Below, in pieces: positions 1-11,845 of a stretch of DNA of 64,000 nucleotides (position 1 is the stretch's first letter; the number at the start of each line of letters is the position of its first letter). The notes beneath the pieces were generated by a model. The model ran no database searches. It had not been told where the DNA came from and was given only the letters and a program-made list of their open reading frames with translations. The stretch is from NCBI GenBank assembly GCA_043228905.1, contig JBHGNT010000003.1:5270001-5334000 (forward strand), written 5' to 3'. The position numbers were made by a program, and so were the translations under genes. Source of the stretch: Azolla caroliniana (Eukaryota; Plantae; Polypodiophyta).

Positions 1-197
1 CCATTTGGCATACATGTTGTGCGCCACTTGGCGTACAAAGTGCATGCCATTTGGCGGTCATCTAATGTGTCTAGTGCTCTAGAGTTCTTGAATAATAATA
101 ATATGAAAATGTATTTATTAATGAAAATGAGTTGGTGTAATGATTGAAGTGTAAGACCATTGTTTGAAGGTCACAAGTTCAAACCTTGATATTCACA
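1..197. mobile_element. Probable end of an LTR (ends ...TTCACA) inserted in Copia A, with a degenerate tRNA-like A/B-box segment at its terminus
   Basis: Copia coding sequence resumes right after 197. TGGTGTAATGA (133-143) and AGGTCACAAGTTCAAACC (168-185) sit at nearly the same distance from the CA end as the tRNA-like segment in the chromovirus LTRs. Confidence 0.45.
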
Positions 198-2620
198 TTT
201 TGTGATTTCGATGTAACAATCAGAGCTAAGAAAGCCCTCATCTCTACAAATGAAAAGCTCCGCCGATCCATTCGTGAAAAGAACCCCGTAAGCCGATTCG
301 GCTACAACAATTATATGGCATACCATTACGCCTTTATGATGAACGTAGCAATAGTACGGGAGCCGGAAACCTTTTCCGAAGTCGCGAAGGACCCGTGATG
401 GATCGAAGCAATGAACGAGGAGATGTGTGCATTACGCAAGAACGAGACATGGGATCTCGTTCCCCCCTCACCGTACAAGAAGGCAATCGGTTGCAGATGG
501 ATCTACAAGGTGAAGTATAACGCCGATGGCTCCGTAAACTGCTACAAAGCTCGACTTGTAGTGAAAGGATACGCTCAGATGCATGACGTCGACTATGAAG
601 AGACCTTTGCCCCGGTGGCAAAGATGACGACGGTGCGGACCGTGATCGCACTTGCCATAGCAAAAGGGTGGCACCTCCACCAAATGGACTTCAAGAACAC
701 CCTTCTCCAAGGCGAATTAGAAGAGGAGGTTTTACATGATACAACCACCCGGCTTCAACTCGAGCACCCATCCGAAAGCTGTATGCCGACTCAAGAAACC
801 ACTCTATAGCCTCAAACAAGCACTGCGTGCTTGGCATTCGAAGATAACGCAATATCTTCATCAAATCGGCTTCCATATGTCAAAATCAGACAACTCCCTC
901 TACATATGAAGCTATTCCGCAAGTCCGATCGTCATCATCTTATATGTGGATGACCTAGTCATTGGAGTTGAGCATCTCGTCGAAATCAATAAGGTCAAAT
1001 CCCTCGTTTCCGACAAGTTCAAGATGACGGACATGAAGGAGCTCCACTACTTCCTTGGCATCGACGTAATTCGGACTTTGGATGGAATCATGATCTCTCA
1101 ATGTCACTACATCCTCTACTTGTTATACAAGTTCAGAATGGCTGACTGCAAATCAACGGCAACCCCGCTCGATCGCAATCTCAAACTAGATGCGAAATCC
1201 GACACCAAAGCGTGTGAGCCGACTCAGTATTGGCAACTCATCTAGCTCACGATCACACAATCCGATCTCAGTTATCCGGTTGGTCTCCTTAGCCAATTCA
1301 TGCAAACACCGCGTGATACTCACTTGGATTGCGCTAAGCGAGTTCTACGATACGTGAGCGGCACAATGGTTTGGGGCATCCTCTACAAGACCGCGATGCC
1401 AATACGACTCAAGGGGTACATAGACGCCGATTAGGCCGGCTACAAAGCCGATAGAAGATCAACCTCTGGATTTGTTTTCTCCATTGGCAGCAAGCAATAT
1501 CCTAGAGCAACATAAAGTAACCAATCATCGCACTTTCGAGCACAGAGGCGGAATACAGAGACGCGGTAGTGGTTGCATGTGAGGCCGTATGGCTCAAAAG
1601 GATACTCAAGGATCTGGGCGTACCCATCAAGGATCCGACTTCCCTTTACTTTGACAACATGAGTAGTATCTATTTGGCTCGGAACCCGGTGTTCCACGCA
1701 CAGACAAAGCACATCGAAGTACACTATCACTTCATTCGAGAGCGCGTTCTAGCTGGCGATGTCAACCTACAACACATTAGCACCAATCTTCAAATGACCG
1801 ACATCGTCACTAAAGCCTTAGGAGGCGACAAGCTATGGCAATTCATGACCGATCTCAGATTGACGATCCCTAACCTGCCAAGCTTGAGGGGGAGTACTGA
1901 AGACGCTACGCAATAACGCGCAAGCCAAAGCACAGACTTCAAAACTACGAACAACGCAAGCTGGAGCACAGATTTCGCAACTCTGCATAAATGCGAGTCG
2001 ACGCGGACTCCAGAACGCGAGTCGAAGCAGATTTCGGATACCATCTGAAACCGAACTGACTTGAGCTTGAGAGGACGTGTTGAGAATCTAGCTCAACTTG
2101 GTCTAGTGTGTGAAGTCACCTTGAGAGTGAATAGACACTCCAACAGTCAAGAGTCACCATTATGTCACCACTTTGTATTCTAGCATTTAGTATGGGTCAT
2201 AGAATCATAACTTATGAGCTTTCACATTCCCCATGCTCCATGAGTCTTGTAGTTAATCAAGAGATAAAGCACCCTCCTCCCACCTTGTATAGGTAACATT
2301 GAAGGGCATCGCCTTAGATATAGGTAGCTTCTTACATTAAGTTAGGCCGCAAGGCATTTTAAGTAGGCTCATCTTCTTTTACTTGATCGGAGGAAGACTC
2401 CCCGATGTGTGTATAAGTCTCCTTGTAGACTCTCTATGTAATAATCCTTCCTAACTAATGGGAAAGTAGCTTCATTTTGGGGAAAAAAAAAGCACCCTCC
2501 TCCCACCTTGTATAATGTTGAGTCTTTCTCCTTTGTTAATATACTTTACCTTGCGTAATCTTTGTGTCTTACTCCTTGTCTCTCTCACTCTCACTCTCAC
2601 TCTCTCTGATACACACACAC
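198..2620 (+). mobile_element. Degenerate Ty1/Copia element A: RT and RNase H remnants, PPT, truncated 3' LTR (starts 2078)
   Basis: ORF fragments WDLVPP..KAIGCRWIYKVKYNADGS..YKARLV, YVDD, EAVWLKRIL..NPVFHAQTKHIEVHYHF with stops and frameshifts. TGTTGAGAATCTAGCTCAAC at 2078 matches the LTR at 24166. Confidence 0.9.
2292..2488 (+). mobile_element. 197-bp A-tailed retroposed insert (5'-truncated LINE or SINE-like) inside the LTR of Copia A
   Basis: Flanked by a 26-bp direct repeat AAAGCACCCTCCTCCCACCTTGTATA (2266-2291 and 2489-2514) and ends in an A-tract. The homologous LTR near 24406 has a single copy of that site. Confidence 0.7.
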
Positions 2621-5496
2621 AGTTGAAAATAGTGAGACTAAAGTATGTCGATGGGGAGAGCATTGTAGAGCAGATCAGTACCTTCATGGGATTGGTGAAT
2701 CAGTTAGCATTAGCGAAGTTCCCATTAGATGATGCTATGCAAGCCGCACTATTACTGTGTACTCTACCGGATAGTTGGAAAAAATTAATAGTGACACTCA
2801 ACACTTACTGTAAAGAAAACAACCTATCTTTACAGGTACTAAAAACAAGTATCTTAAATGAAGAGACAAGAAGAAAGGATAAAAGTGCCTTGTCTCAATC
2901 GGAAGTTAACGTGACCCAAGAACATAGTAGAGGAAGAAGAGAACACAGAAGTCAAGAAGATTGAGATAGGTTTTATGCAAGGTCAAAATCTAGAGGTAGA
3001 CCTACATGCTTCTATTGTGGGAAACCTGGTCACTTCCAAAAGAATTGTCGACACCTTAGAAATGACAAAGGCATGGCTGATGAGGTCTAACCCAGAAAAA
3101 GTTTTGAAGATAAAAACACCTCAGCCATTGCAACTAGTGAAGAAGAGATGTTATTTATCTATGAACAAGGTAGCGTGAACCTTGCAAATGTTGAGTGCTC
3201 ATGGGTAGTGGATTATGGTGCTTCATTCCACTTAATTCCCAAAAGAGAATGTTTCTCATCTTACATAGTCGTTGACTATGGCTACGTAAGGATGAGAAAT
3301 GACAGTGAATGCAAGATTGTGGGCATAGGAACTGTGTGTTTGGTAACAACTACTGGCTGTAGGTTAACGTTGAGGGATGTACGCCATGTTCCAGATGTCA
3401 GATTGAATTTGATATCGGCTGGAAGGCTAGATGACGAAGGCTACAGTGGTGGCTTTCGAAATGGTACATGGAAGGGAACTTGATTGTGGCTCGAGCTCAA
3501 AAACAAAACACACTGTAAAGGGAGCTTGAGTTCTGTAAAAGGAGCTTGATTGCGGCTTGAGCTAAAAAACAGAACACATTGTATGTAATGCATGCCAAAT
3601 TGTGCCGAGATGAAGCCAATGTAGTGGGTGACTTAGATGGTGAGTTGTGGCATAAAAGGCTCGGGCACATGAGCGAAAGGGGAATGCATATCCTTGCTGA
3701 AAAGGATTTTCTACCAGAGGTGAAAGGAATACACCTTGAAAAATGTGTGGACTACTTGGCTGGAAAGCAAAATAGAACAACCCTTCACTCCAGATCTCCG
3801 ATGAGAAGAAAGCATGCCTTAGAACTGGTTCACTCAGATGTGTGTTATGTGGATGCCCCATCACACCGCGGTCGACAATACTTTGTCACATTTATTGATG
3901 ACTTCAAAAGAAAGGTGTGGGCTTATGTGTTGGTGTCTAAAGACCAAGTGTTGTTGTTCTTTAAAGAGTTTCACGCAAGGGTAGAAAGGGAACCTGGACA
4001 GCAGTTGAAGGCTGTCCGGACAAATAATGGCGGTGAGTATAGAGGCCAATTTGAGTCGTATTGCAAGACTCAAGGCATCAAACTTGACTATATGGTGCCG
4101 AAGACACTTGAGCTAAATGGTTTAGTAGAGAGAATGAACCGGACTATAATGGAAAGAGTAAGAAGCATATTGGCGCAGGCAAAACTGTCAAAGTCGTATT
4201 GGGCTGAGGCAATGTTGACGACGGTTTATCTCATAAACAGGTCTCCATTAGTGTCCCTGAAGGGGAATGTACCATAGAGGGTGTGGACAGGAAGAAATGT
4301 GTCTTATCATCTCTTAAAGGTGTTTGGATGCTTGGCCTATGTACTTGTTGCTAAGGATCAGAGGGCAAAGTTGGACAACAAGTACAAACCTTGTATATTC
4401 TTGGGATACTCAGAAGACGATTCGGGTATAGGATGTGGGATCTCCTTGATAAGAAGGTGATAAGAAGTCATGATGTTATATTCATGGAAGATAAGACAAT
4501 CGAAGGCTGGAAACTACAGAGACCAGAGTCATTTTCCCAATCGACTATTGTTATGGAGTCGATACTAGTCGATCTCACTCCCACACAACTAGTCAACAGA
4601 CAACAACCAGATGATGAAGCCGAACCTGAGTTGGCCGACACTCAATAGCAAATTGATGCACATGAATCTGCCTCGAAAGATGAGTTGTTGGATGAAACTG
4701 AATTTGAGTCGGTCATTGAAGGAAGAAGATACCCACAAAGACAAAGGAAGGCCTCCTCTCGTTATCCAACCAGTCAATATATCCTCATGACTGATGAAGG
4801 GGAACCAAAATGCTATGAAGAGGCCATGACTGATGTACACAAGGATAAATGGTATAATGGCATGCAAGAGGAAATGGAGTCCTTGCATGAGAACCTCACC
4901 TATGAGCTAGTGGAGTTGCTTGATGGTAAGATGGCACTTAGAAACAAATGGGTCTACAAATTAAAGACTGGGGAAGACGGAAGTACACCCAGGTATAAGG
5001 CCCGCATTGTCGTGAAGGGTTTCCAACAAAAAAAAGGTGTTGATTTTGATGAGATTTTTGCTCCAGTTGTTAAGATGACCTCTATCTGGACTATTTTGAG
5101 TATGGTTGTGAGTATGAATTTGGAAATTGAACAGTTGGATGTTGAAACATCCTTCGTGCACGGTGAGTTGGAAGAGGAAATCTATATGCAACAACGGGAG
5201 GGCTTTGAGGTAAAAGGAAAAGAGAACCTCATATGTAGGTTGAGAAAAAGGTTGTATGGGCTAAAGCAAGCCCCACGACAATGGTATAAGAAATTTGAGT
5301 CCTTCATGTTGGAACATGGATTCCACAAAACACAAGCTGATCATTGTATATTTGTGAAAAGGTATGATGAAGGTGACTTTCTTATTCTTTTGTTGTATGT
5401 AGATGATATGTTGGTTGTTGGACAAGATTTTAAAAAGATTGCAAGCTTGAAGAAAGCTTTGAGCAAATCTTTTGCCATAAAAGAGTTAGGACCCGC
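2620..5496 (+). mobile_element. Degenerate Ty1/Copia element B (Tnt1/Tork-like): gag, protease, integrase, RT; truncated at both ends
   Basis: LLCTLPDSW gag, WVVDYGASFH protease, LWHKRLGHMSE..LELVHSDVC integrase, RYKARIVVKG..LLLYVDDML RT. Short tandem duplication near 3472-3583. Confidence 0.9.
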
Positions 5497-5515
5497 AAAC
5501 CCTAAACCCTAAACC
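5497..5515 (-). repeat. Interstitial plant telomeric repeat (TTTAGGG)x2.7 at the breakpoint of Copia B
   Basis: AAACCCTAAACCCTAAACC directly follows the truncated RT codons ...GGACCCGC. Confidence 0.75.
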
Positions 5516-5533
5516 ATGACTCTCCCCCTTCGC

Positions 5534-5609
5534 TCATTGTATATTTGTGAAAAGGTATGATGAAGGTGACTTTCTTATTCTTTTGTTGTATGTAGATGAT
5601 ATGTTGGTT
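5534..5609 (+). repeat. Exact 76-bp duplicate of Copia B RT segment 5341-5416
   Basis: TCATTGTATATTTGTGAAAAGG...GATATGTTGGTT occurs twice. Confidence 0.9.
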
Positions 5610-6348
5610 TGTTATGTAGATAGTCCCTCCTTTTCGGGGGAGTCAGCCGAAAAGTTGACTCGAGAGTTGGCTGGCCGAAATTGGTTGGGAAGCCGACTTC
5701 GAAATCGGTTGAGAAGCCGAAACGTGTCGGTTGGCCGAAATCGGTCGAAAACCGAAATGGTATTTCGGTCGAATGGGAGTCGGCCTAATAGAACTTCGAA
5801 CAAACATATACATATATATATGTATTAGAGATGAACTAGTATATATAGTAAGAGTAAAACTAGCTACGCTTGTATGTGGGATAACTCACTGCGAGTAAAA
5901 ACAGTGAGAAAAAGCGCGAAGGTATACTTAAGTGAAAAGGCGAGTGCGTGAGTTATATAAGAATATATATTGCAAGAGAAGAGTGAGCTATCATAGTAGT
6001 GGTTGTGAGAGTGACATAACTTGAAAGCTGAGTGTGAGAGGAAGAACGAACAGTGCAACAGAAAGGAAGAGTGACAAAAACAGAGAAGTTTTGGAAGCTT
6101 CAAAAGGGATAGATACCTACGAGTTACGGTTTGGTGCACTCGGCTGAAATTGTGGTTTCAGAGTACACTCAGACCAGATCAAGTTCTATCATTTAGTGAT
6201 GGTATTTTGTCTTACTTCATACTGGAAATTTCTGTTCCGTGTTTTTTCCCTGAAATTAGGGTTTTTCACATAAATCATGTGCTACTCGTTCTATTTCTGT
6301 GTGTCTCTAAGTTTATTTGTAAGTTTTTTCTAAGTGAAATCATTTCAT
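5610..6348 (+). mobile_element. LTR (about 740 bp, TG start, 3' end lost or fused to the ROCO pseudogene)
   Basis: Starts TGTTATGTAG inside the duplicated RT piece. GCCGA-rich U3, TATATAA, AG-rich R and telo-box/T-rich U5. No matching TSD. Confidence 0.6.
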
Positions 6349-8512
6349 AATGGACCCTGACATTGAGGTGCAGCTGTGGAGGAACCGGTGCACTTTCATG
6401 TTGGGATCAGATTTGAAGTGAGTGCCCGCAACATCCATGTCATTGTTCATCTGTGGGGATCCATCTACAGGCAAAACATGACACAATCTTAAATATTGAA
6501 AACCTCACAAGCTAGATTGATGAGGATAAACACTAACACTTTCAATTCATTTGTTTTGGCGCAGGAAAGACTACCCTTGTATCTACCATGCGCTCCACGT
6601 ATGGGCACAAGAGAGATAGGCTGAGAGCCCTATTTACCGAAGGGCGTATACAAGGAATCGAGGTCCAAGCCATCAAAAGAGAGGGAATCTGAGTGTCTAT
6701 GTGGGACATGGCAGGCCAATCAAAGTTTCATGCATTCCATGATTGTATGTTCCCCGACATAGGCACAAGCTCTTATCAGATTCCATCCATGCTCATGTTG
6801 GTCTAGAGTCCGATGGAGAGTGAAAGTAGCGATAGAGGAGCAAGGAAAATAGACGTGGACTTCGAAGCAAGCTTCAGGTACTGGCTCAAGTTCCTCACCT
6901 CCAAAAGTCACTTGAGCAGACGAAATGGAGCTTGTCTCAAGCTCTCTCTCACCTTCCATTGATTCACTTTGATCAGATTTTAAAGGGGTTATTGACATTG
7001 TCGACCCTCCATTTGATGTGGATTCAAGAAACAAGGATTCTGTAAAAGTTGTAGCAAAATGAATCTTCTCCATTGCCAAAGAGTTGGTTCAAGGTATTGG
7101 CCGTGTGCCCACACCTGCACACACAAGGAAGCGAACATCTCCCCTATTCAATATTTGTGGTTTTCTAAGTGCACAAAATCAAACTATGTGATAGATGTGT
7201 TGGTTCGAGCTCAAAATAATACTCAAGAAAACACTCTAAGTACCTTAGTTTTTGTGCAAAAGCGTATCGTCAATACCTTAATTACAATATGTGCACAACC
7301 TATAGGTGTCCAAGGTGTTAATTTGATCCAGAGTGTAATCCGGCCCGATTAGTTACGTTCTCCATGAAGGACGTTAGATACAGAAGATCAATGCATGGAA
7401 ATAACTTATTTGAAGGAACAACTATTAAACAAACTTGAGCAAGGCGAGCATGAATTTTTTGATTGAAAACTGACCAGGCATATGCATGTTTCTCTCACAA
7501 GTGCTTTAATTGAGCTCTTAAGCTCAGAGTTTTATGGGGAGGTCCTCAATTCATGCAAACAACGGTTTGAGGTGGAGTTAGGGGATGCATTGTTGGAGAA
7601 TGATGAATTCAATTTATCTAGGCAATATCAAAGTCGTGAAAATGTTATTACAACTAGTCTTGAAAATGATTTGATACAAGGTCAAACATCTAAACACACA
7701 GTGAAAGAACAATCTAGTAAGTTTATGGTAAGGCCAAATTTAAATTTACATCGTAAGGTGGATGCCCCTCTTGAAGAGGTCCTAAAGCTATAACATAAGG
7801 TGTATCAAATGACCAAGAAGCTAAGGGAAGTACATAAAGAACTTCAATATATGAGGAAAGATGTTATGAGTAAGGTTGAGAAATCTATAGGCAAGCTATT
7901 GATGATGGCTCTAGAGAATGAGACAAAGAAACAACTCCCACACACTGCTTTCCTTACAACTAAATCTCACAACTCAAAGATGGGAAAACTTTTGAGATGG
8001 GTGGCTCAACTTTTGGGAGAGGAGTTTGTGAGAATCCAATTGTATCGTGAGGATAAAAATTTGCCACACCTGGTGGAGAACCAACCTGGTATCACCCTCA
8101 CCTCTTTGTTTGTGTCTCATTCATAGACTCTAAATAAAGCTCTTCCATATATCAATTGTTTCTTTCGTGTTTGGACTATAGCTACTAGACTTGGTATTTC
8201 CTCTATGGCTCCCCTTGCAACCTCTTTGAATCCTCATTGGACACATCACCTCAAACTAGCAAAACAATACCCTATAATACAATGTACTTCGAAATCCAAA
8301 AAATATATATAATTTAAGTATCCTAGAGTGTGCATCCAAAGAGTTGCAAAAGTGCTTGGCATTTATATTGGTGGGGAGGGTTGACAGACCAAAACACAGC
8401 TGCGAAGTTCTATCTTATGCGTACAATATGTTATGTAATTGACGGGAGTACTCAAATTGCATGGTTATGGAAGACACATTGTGAGGGAAAAACTCCCTTT
8501 CAGCTAGGCTAA
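6349..8512 (+). pseudogene. TORNADO1-like Roc-COR pseudogene (5' LRR part lost, COR N-half deleted), with GC-AG intron 6471-6564
   Basis: Translates to MDPDIEVQLWRN..FICGDPST(G)/KTTLVSTM..WDMAGQ..CMFPD..KSNYVIDVLVRA..KQLPHTAFLTT..RIQLYRED..QIAWLWKTH. Collinear with the intact gene but with many stops and frameshifts. Confidence 0.9.
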
Positions 8513-8679
8513 ATTATATCTTGCTATGTGGGTTTGAATAGATAACATTTTCTGCGACTACCAAAATTTATTGTAAACTAATATATATTCCTTATCTCAA
8601 ACCTAGATGGACTTTTGAACTTAACAAACAATAGCTCCATTTTATAACAGATATTATCAAGCTATATTGCACAGTTCAT

Positions 8680-10460
8680 ATTTCTTTCTTTCGATCAAAG
8701 TTCAATAGCCTTTGACTTAAGCATAATCTTCCTCTCCTCACGTGAATAATTATCTTCATACGAAATTAATTAATTCCAGAATATAATTTAATCAATCTTG
8801 TTTTCCAGCTAAATGTTATACAAAACCACACAAATGAGCAAAGCATGATTCAATCAGTTAGGGATGAACAAGAAGGCCCACAAAACGTTGGATCAGCTAC
8901 GTTATGAACCATTCAAAACTATTTTATCACTGAATGTACCTCGAGGTAGCTTAAAGAGTTCTGTGATTAAAAATTCAAATGTTCGGATATTTTCAATTAG
9001 TTAGCTTTTCTCGTTGAATTGAAGGTAATATTTCTAGTTAGATAGAGAAGCAATAGACAATTTGCTAGTATAAATTCTATATCAAATCATGCTTAACGAT
9101 AATTTAAAGAATTTCATGCTTGATTGTCAAATAAAATATAATATTAGGGCAGCAAACAAACATAGGTCGAGATTGAAAATATGAGATTTGTATATCATTG
9201 TTTGTTTAATCAACACCTTTGTTTCTAGTGTTTCTAGAATACAGACATGGGTCAAGAGTATAGAAGCAATTAGAGAAGAAGCCAAAGTCCTTACTAATAT
9301 CTCATTACTCCTATCTTGTAGCCCTCTTTGATCATCTCCCCAATCCCATATACATTCAGAGAAGCATCTTATCCGAGTCCTGTGCTGCAAAGGCAAGATA
9401 AAATATGGAATAAGTTAATGACAAGACATTCCGTTACAAGTAAAAGTTGCAGATCGATTGAAGATTCCCAAACTGAAACAATCCCTTTATAAGCTAGAAA
9501 GTACTTTTTCTGAATATCATTAAAAAAACTGCATACAGGCTTCCTGTGCTGGCTAAATCACCATACAATGCAATCAGGAAACTAGAAATGTTATGTTGAG
9601 TATCTTATGAGGGAAATTTATAAAGTCAACTTCACTATGTGAAGTGCATGCATTTTCATATAGTAGAGCCTGATTGCCATGTTTTCCAAGTTAGCCAGCT
9701 ATTGTAAGAGAGTTTTTTCACATAGCCTAGATCAGCTTACAGTCAAGTGCAGGTGATTTCTCTAATTTGAAAAGTTGAACCTTTGTATGTATTTGTTAGA
9801 AAAATCAAAAAGCATAAAATGAAATTCACAATCAAGAAGGATACAATGAAATCCACAATTAAAGAGAGCTCATATTAAAACAATCAAGTTGTCATGTATA
9901 TGTGTATACATCTTTTCCAATAAACTTGAGAGAGTGAATTTAATTTTTGCTGGATAAGCCATTGATACTCTAATCACGTAAAGCATTTCTTTTTGTTCTT
10001 CTGTCGGTTCTATTTTCGAAAGGTTTTCTAATTATTTTTTCTTTTACAGGCAGTTACTAATCCGACCCAAATTTCTTCTCCTTCTTTGTTCTACACCTTC
10101 CAATTGCATGTGCATCAATCACTAGAACTAACGAAATGCACAAACATATACAAAGAAGAGTTTAAAGAATCCTTATTTTTAGGAAAGAAACTTGCCTACA
10201 GAAGGTGTATTTTGGTTCCTTTCTGAGAGGGAGATTGCAAAGACCTCAGCATCGGCAGCCATTCCACACCTGATTCGTCGCCTTACACTCAAAATCCTGT
10301 GTTTTTCCTGCTACACCAAATGCTCAAGACGCCTAAAACACAATAACGCAAAAGGTAGTTGAGAGAGAAAGAGAAGAATATAATAAAAATATGTCCCCTT
10401 CAACAAGGGTATGACAGGAAAGATTAAGAAGACAAGATCCTACTTTTATCAAAATGAACG
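8680..10460 (-). pseudogene. Possible decayed multi-exon gene or spliced ncRNA of unknown identity
   Basis: Series of short higher-GC blocks bounded on the minus strand by YAG acceptors and GTAAG/GTATG/GCAAG donors (e.g. about 10196-10278, 10036-10121, 9740-9782, 9536-9581). One block gives a protein-like peptide DASLNVYGIGEMIKEGYKIG. No long ORF. Confidence 0.3.
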
Positions 10461-10473
10461 GAAGAAGAAGAAG

Positions 10474-10705
10474 GTTTTTCTTCCTCCGCCACCATTCTCC
10501 CAACTTTTCAAGCCGATCTCTACAATCTGATACATAGCTAGCTCATTTACTGAAGGAACTCTGCGTGTGGATGGATGCAGAGACTGCAGATTTCTCTTCC
10601 TCTTTCTCCGCCACCATTGTTCCAGCTTTTCAAGCCGAGCTGACCAATCTTATACATAGCTCATTTACTGAAGTGTCTCTATATGTGGATGGATGCAGAG
10701 ATTCT
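10474..10705. repeat. Diverged tandem duplication, about 115-125 bp x2
   Basis: CTCCGCCACCATT..CTTTTCAAGCCGA..ATACATAGCT..CATTTACTGAAG..GTGGATGGATGCAGAGA is present twice. Confidence 0.85.
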
Positions 10706-11285
10706 CTGGTATTTCAGGAACAAAAGAAACATTGGAGGAGGAGGATGCAGAGAAGAAGTGATTGCGTAAGAAGAGAGAAACGAGAGGGTCCATGTCAGGG
10801 CTACATATAGCTAACATAAGATGCTCCTCTGTTTCTTTTGGTAAGAAATCCCCGTTTCCTGCTAATGTTTCTTCTCGTAGGACAGTGGACTCAATCCTAC
10901 ACCGAGCTGTTAAACCGTTTCTAAACAGTTTGGCGTTTCAGCTCGGCTTGGATTAGGTTTGAGTTTCCTAGACCGGTTTTGAGCTGGTGAGCTTGCAAAA
11001 TCTCTGATTAGGAGATATGATTTCATTTGAGAGAATGATGTGTGATCAATGCAACATACCTAGAAGAGACAAAGTTATTAACAAAAACACATTGTCCACT
11101 TAATTCAAATACACAAATAACCTTGATTAATAATGTATTTAAAACGAGCCGATTATTCTTAGTTGGAAAAGCCCATCTAGGTTAGATGAAGGAATATGCA
11201 AAAGTTTACAATAATTTTTCAAAGTAGGCCTTTCAAACCAACGAGAAAATGTCATCTATTCAAACCCACATAGCAAGATATAGTT

Positions 11286-11845
11286 TTAGCCTAGTGGAAA
11301 GGGCCTTTGTCCTTTGTAGTGTGTCTTGCATAACCATGCAACTTGAGTACTCCAGCGAGCTCCATAACAGATTCATACGAAACTTCTCAGCAATGTTTTG
11401 ATGTGTCAAACCTCCCTTTTCCATCAATATCAATGCCAACCACTTTTGCCACTCTTTGGAAGCAAACTATAGAGTGCTTAGAAATATATCTTTTGTTTTA
11501 TTTAAAAATACTCTGTATCATAGGCTACTGTTTAGCCAGTTTGAGGTGGGTTGTCCAATCAGATATCAAACAGCTTGCAAAAGGGAGCCATAGAGGAAAT
11601 ACCAAGTTTAGCAGCTATGGTCAAAACACAAAAGAAACAAACCATTGATATATGGAAGAAGTCTGTGTAGATACTCTGAATGAGTCTATCAGATCGGCTT
11701 TCCACGGGGTGTTGCACTTTTTTATCCTCACAATATAATTGGATTCTCAAAAACTCCTCCCCCAAAAGTCGAGCCACCCATCTCAAAAGTTTTTGAACTG
11801 TCCAATTGCAAGATTTCGTAAGTTCCTCGACCTTAGATTGTGATC
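11286..11845 (-). pseudogene. Out-of-frame C-terminal remnant of a second tandem TORNADO1-like copy (now the 3' UTR of the fused gene)
   Basis: KLLRWVARLLGEEFLRIQLYCEDKKVQHPVE...STQVAWLCKTHYKGQRPFPLG* (TAA at 11288-11286). Closely matches 7985-8512 in inverted orientation. Confidence 0.85.
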
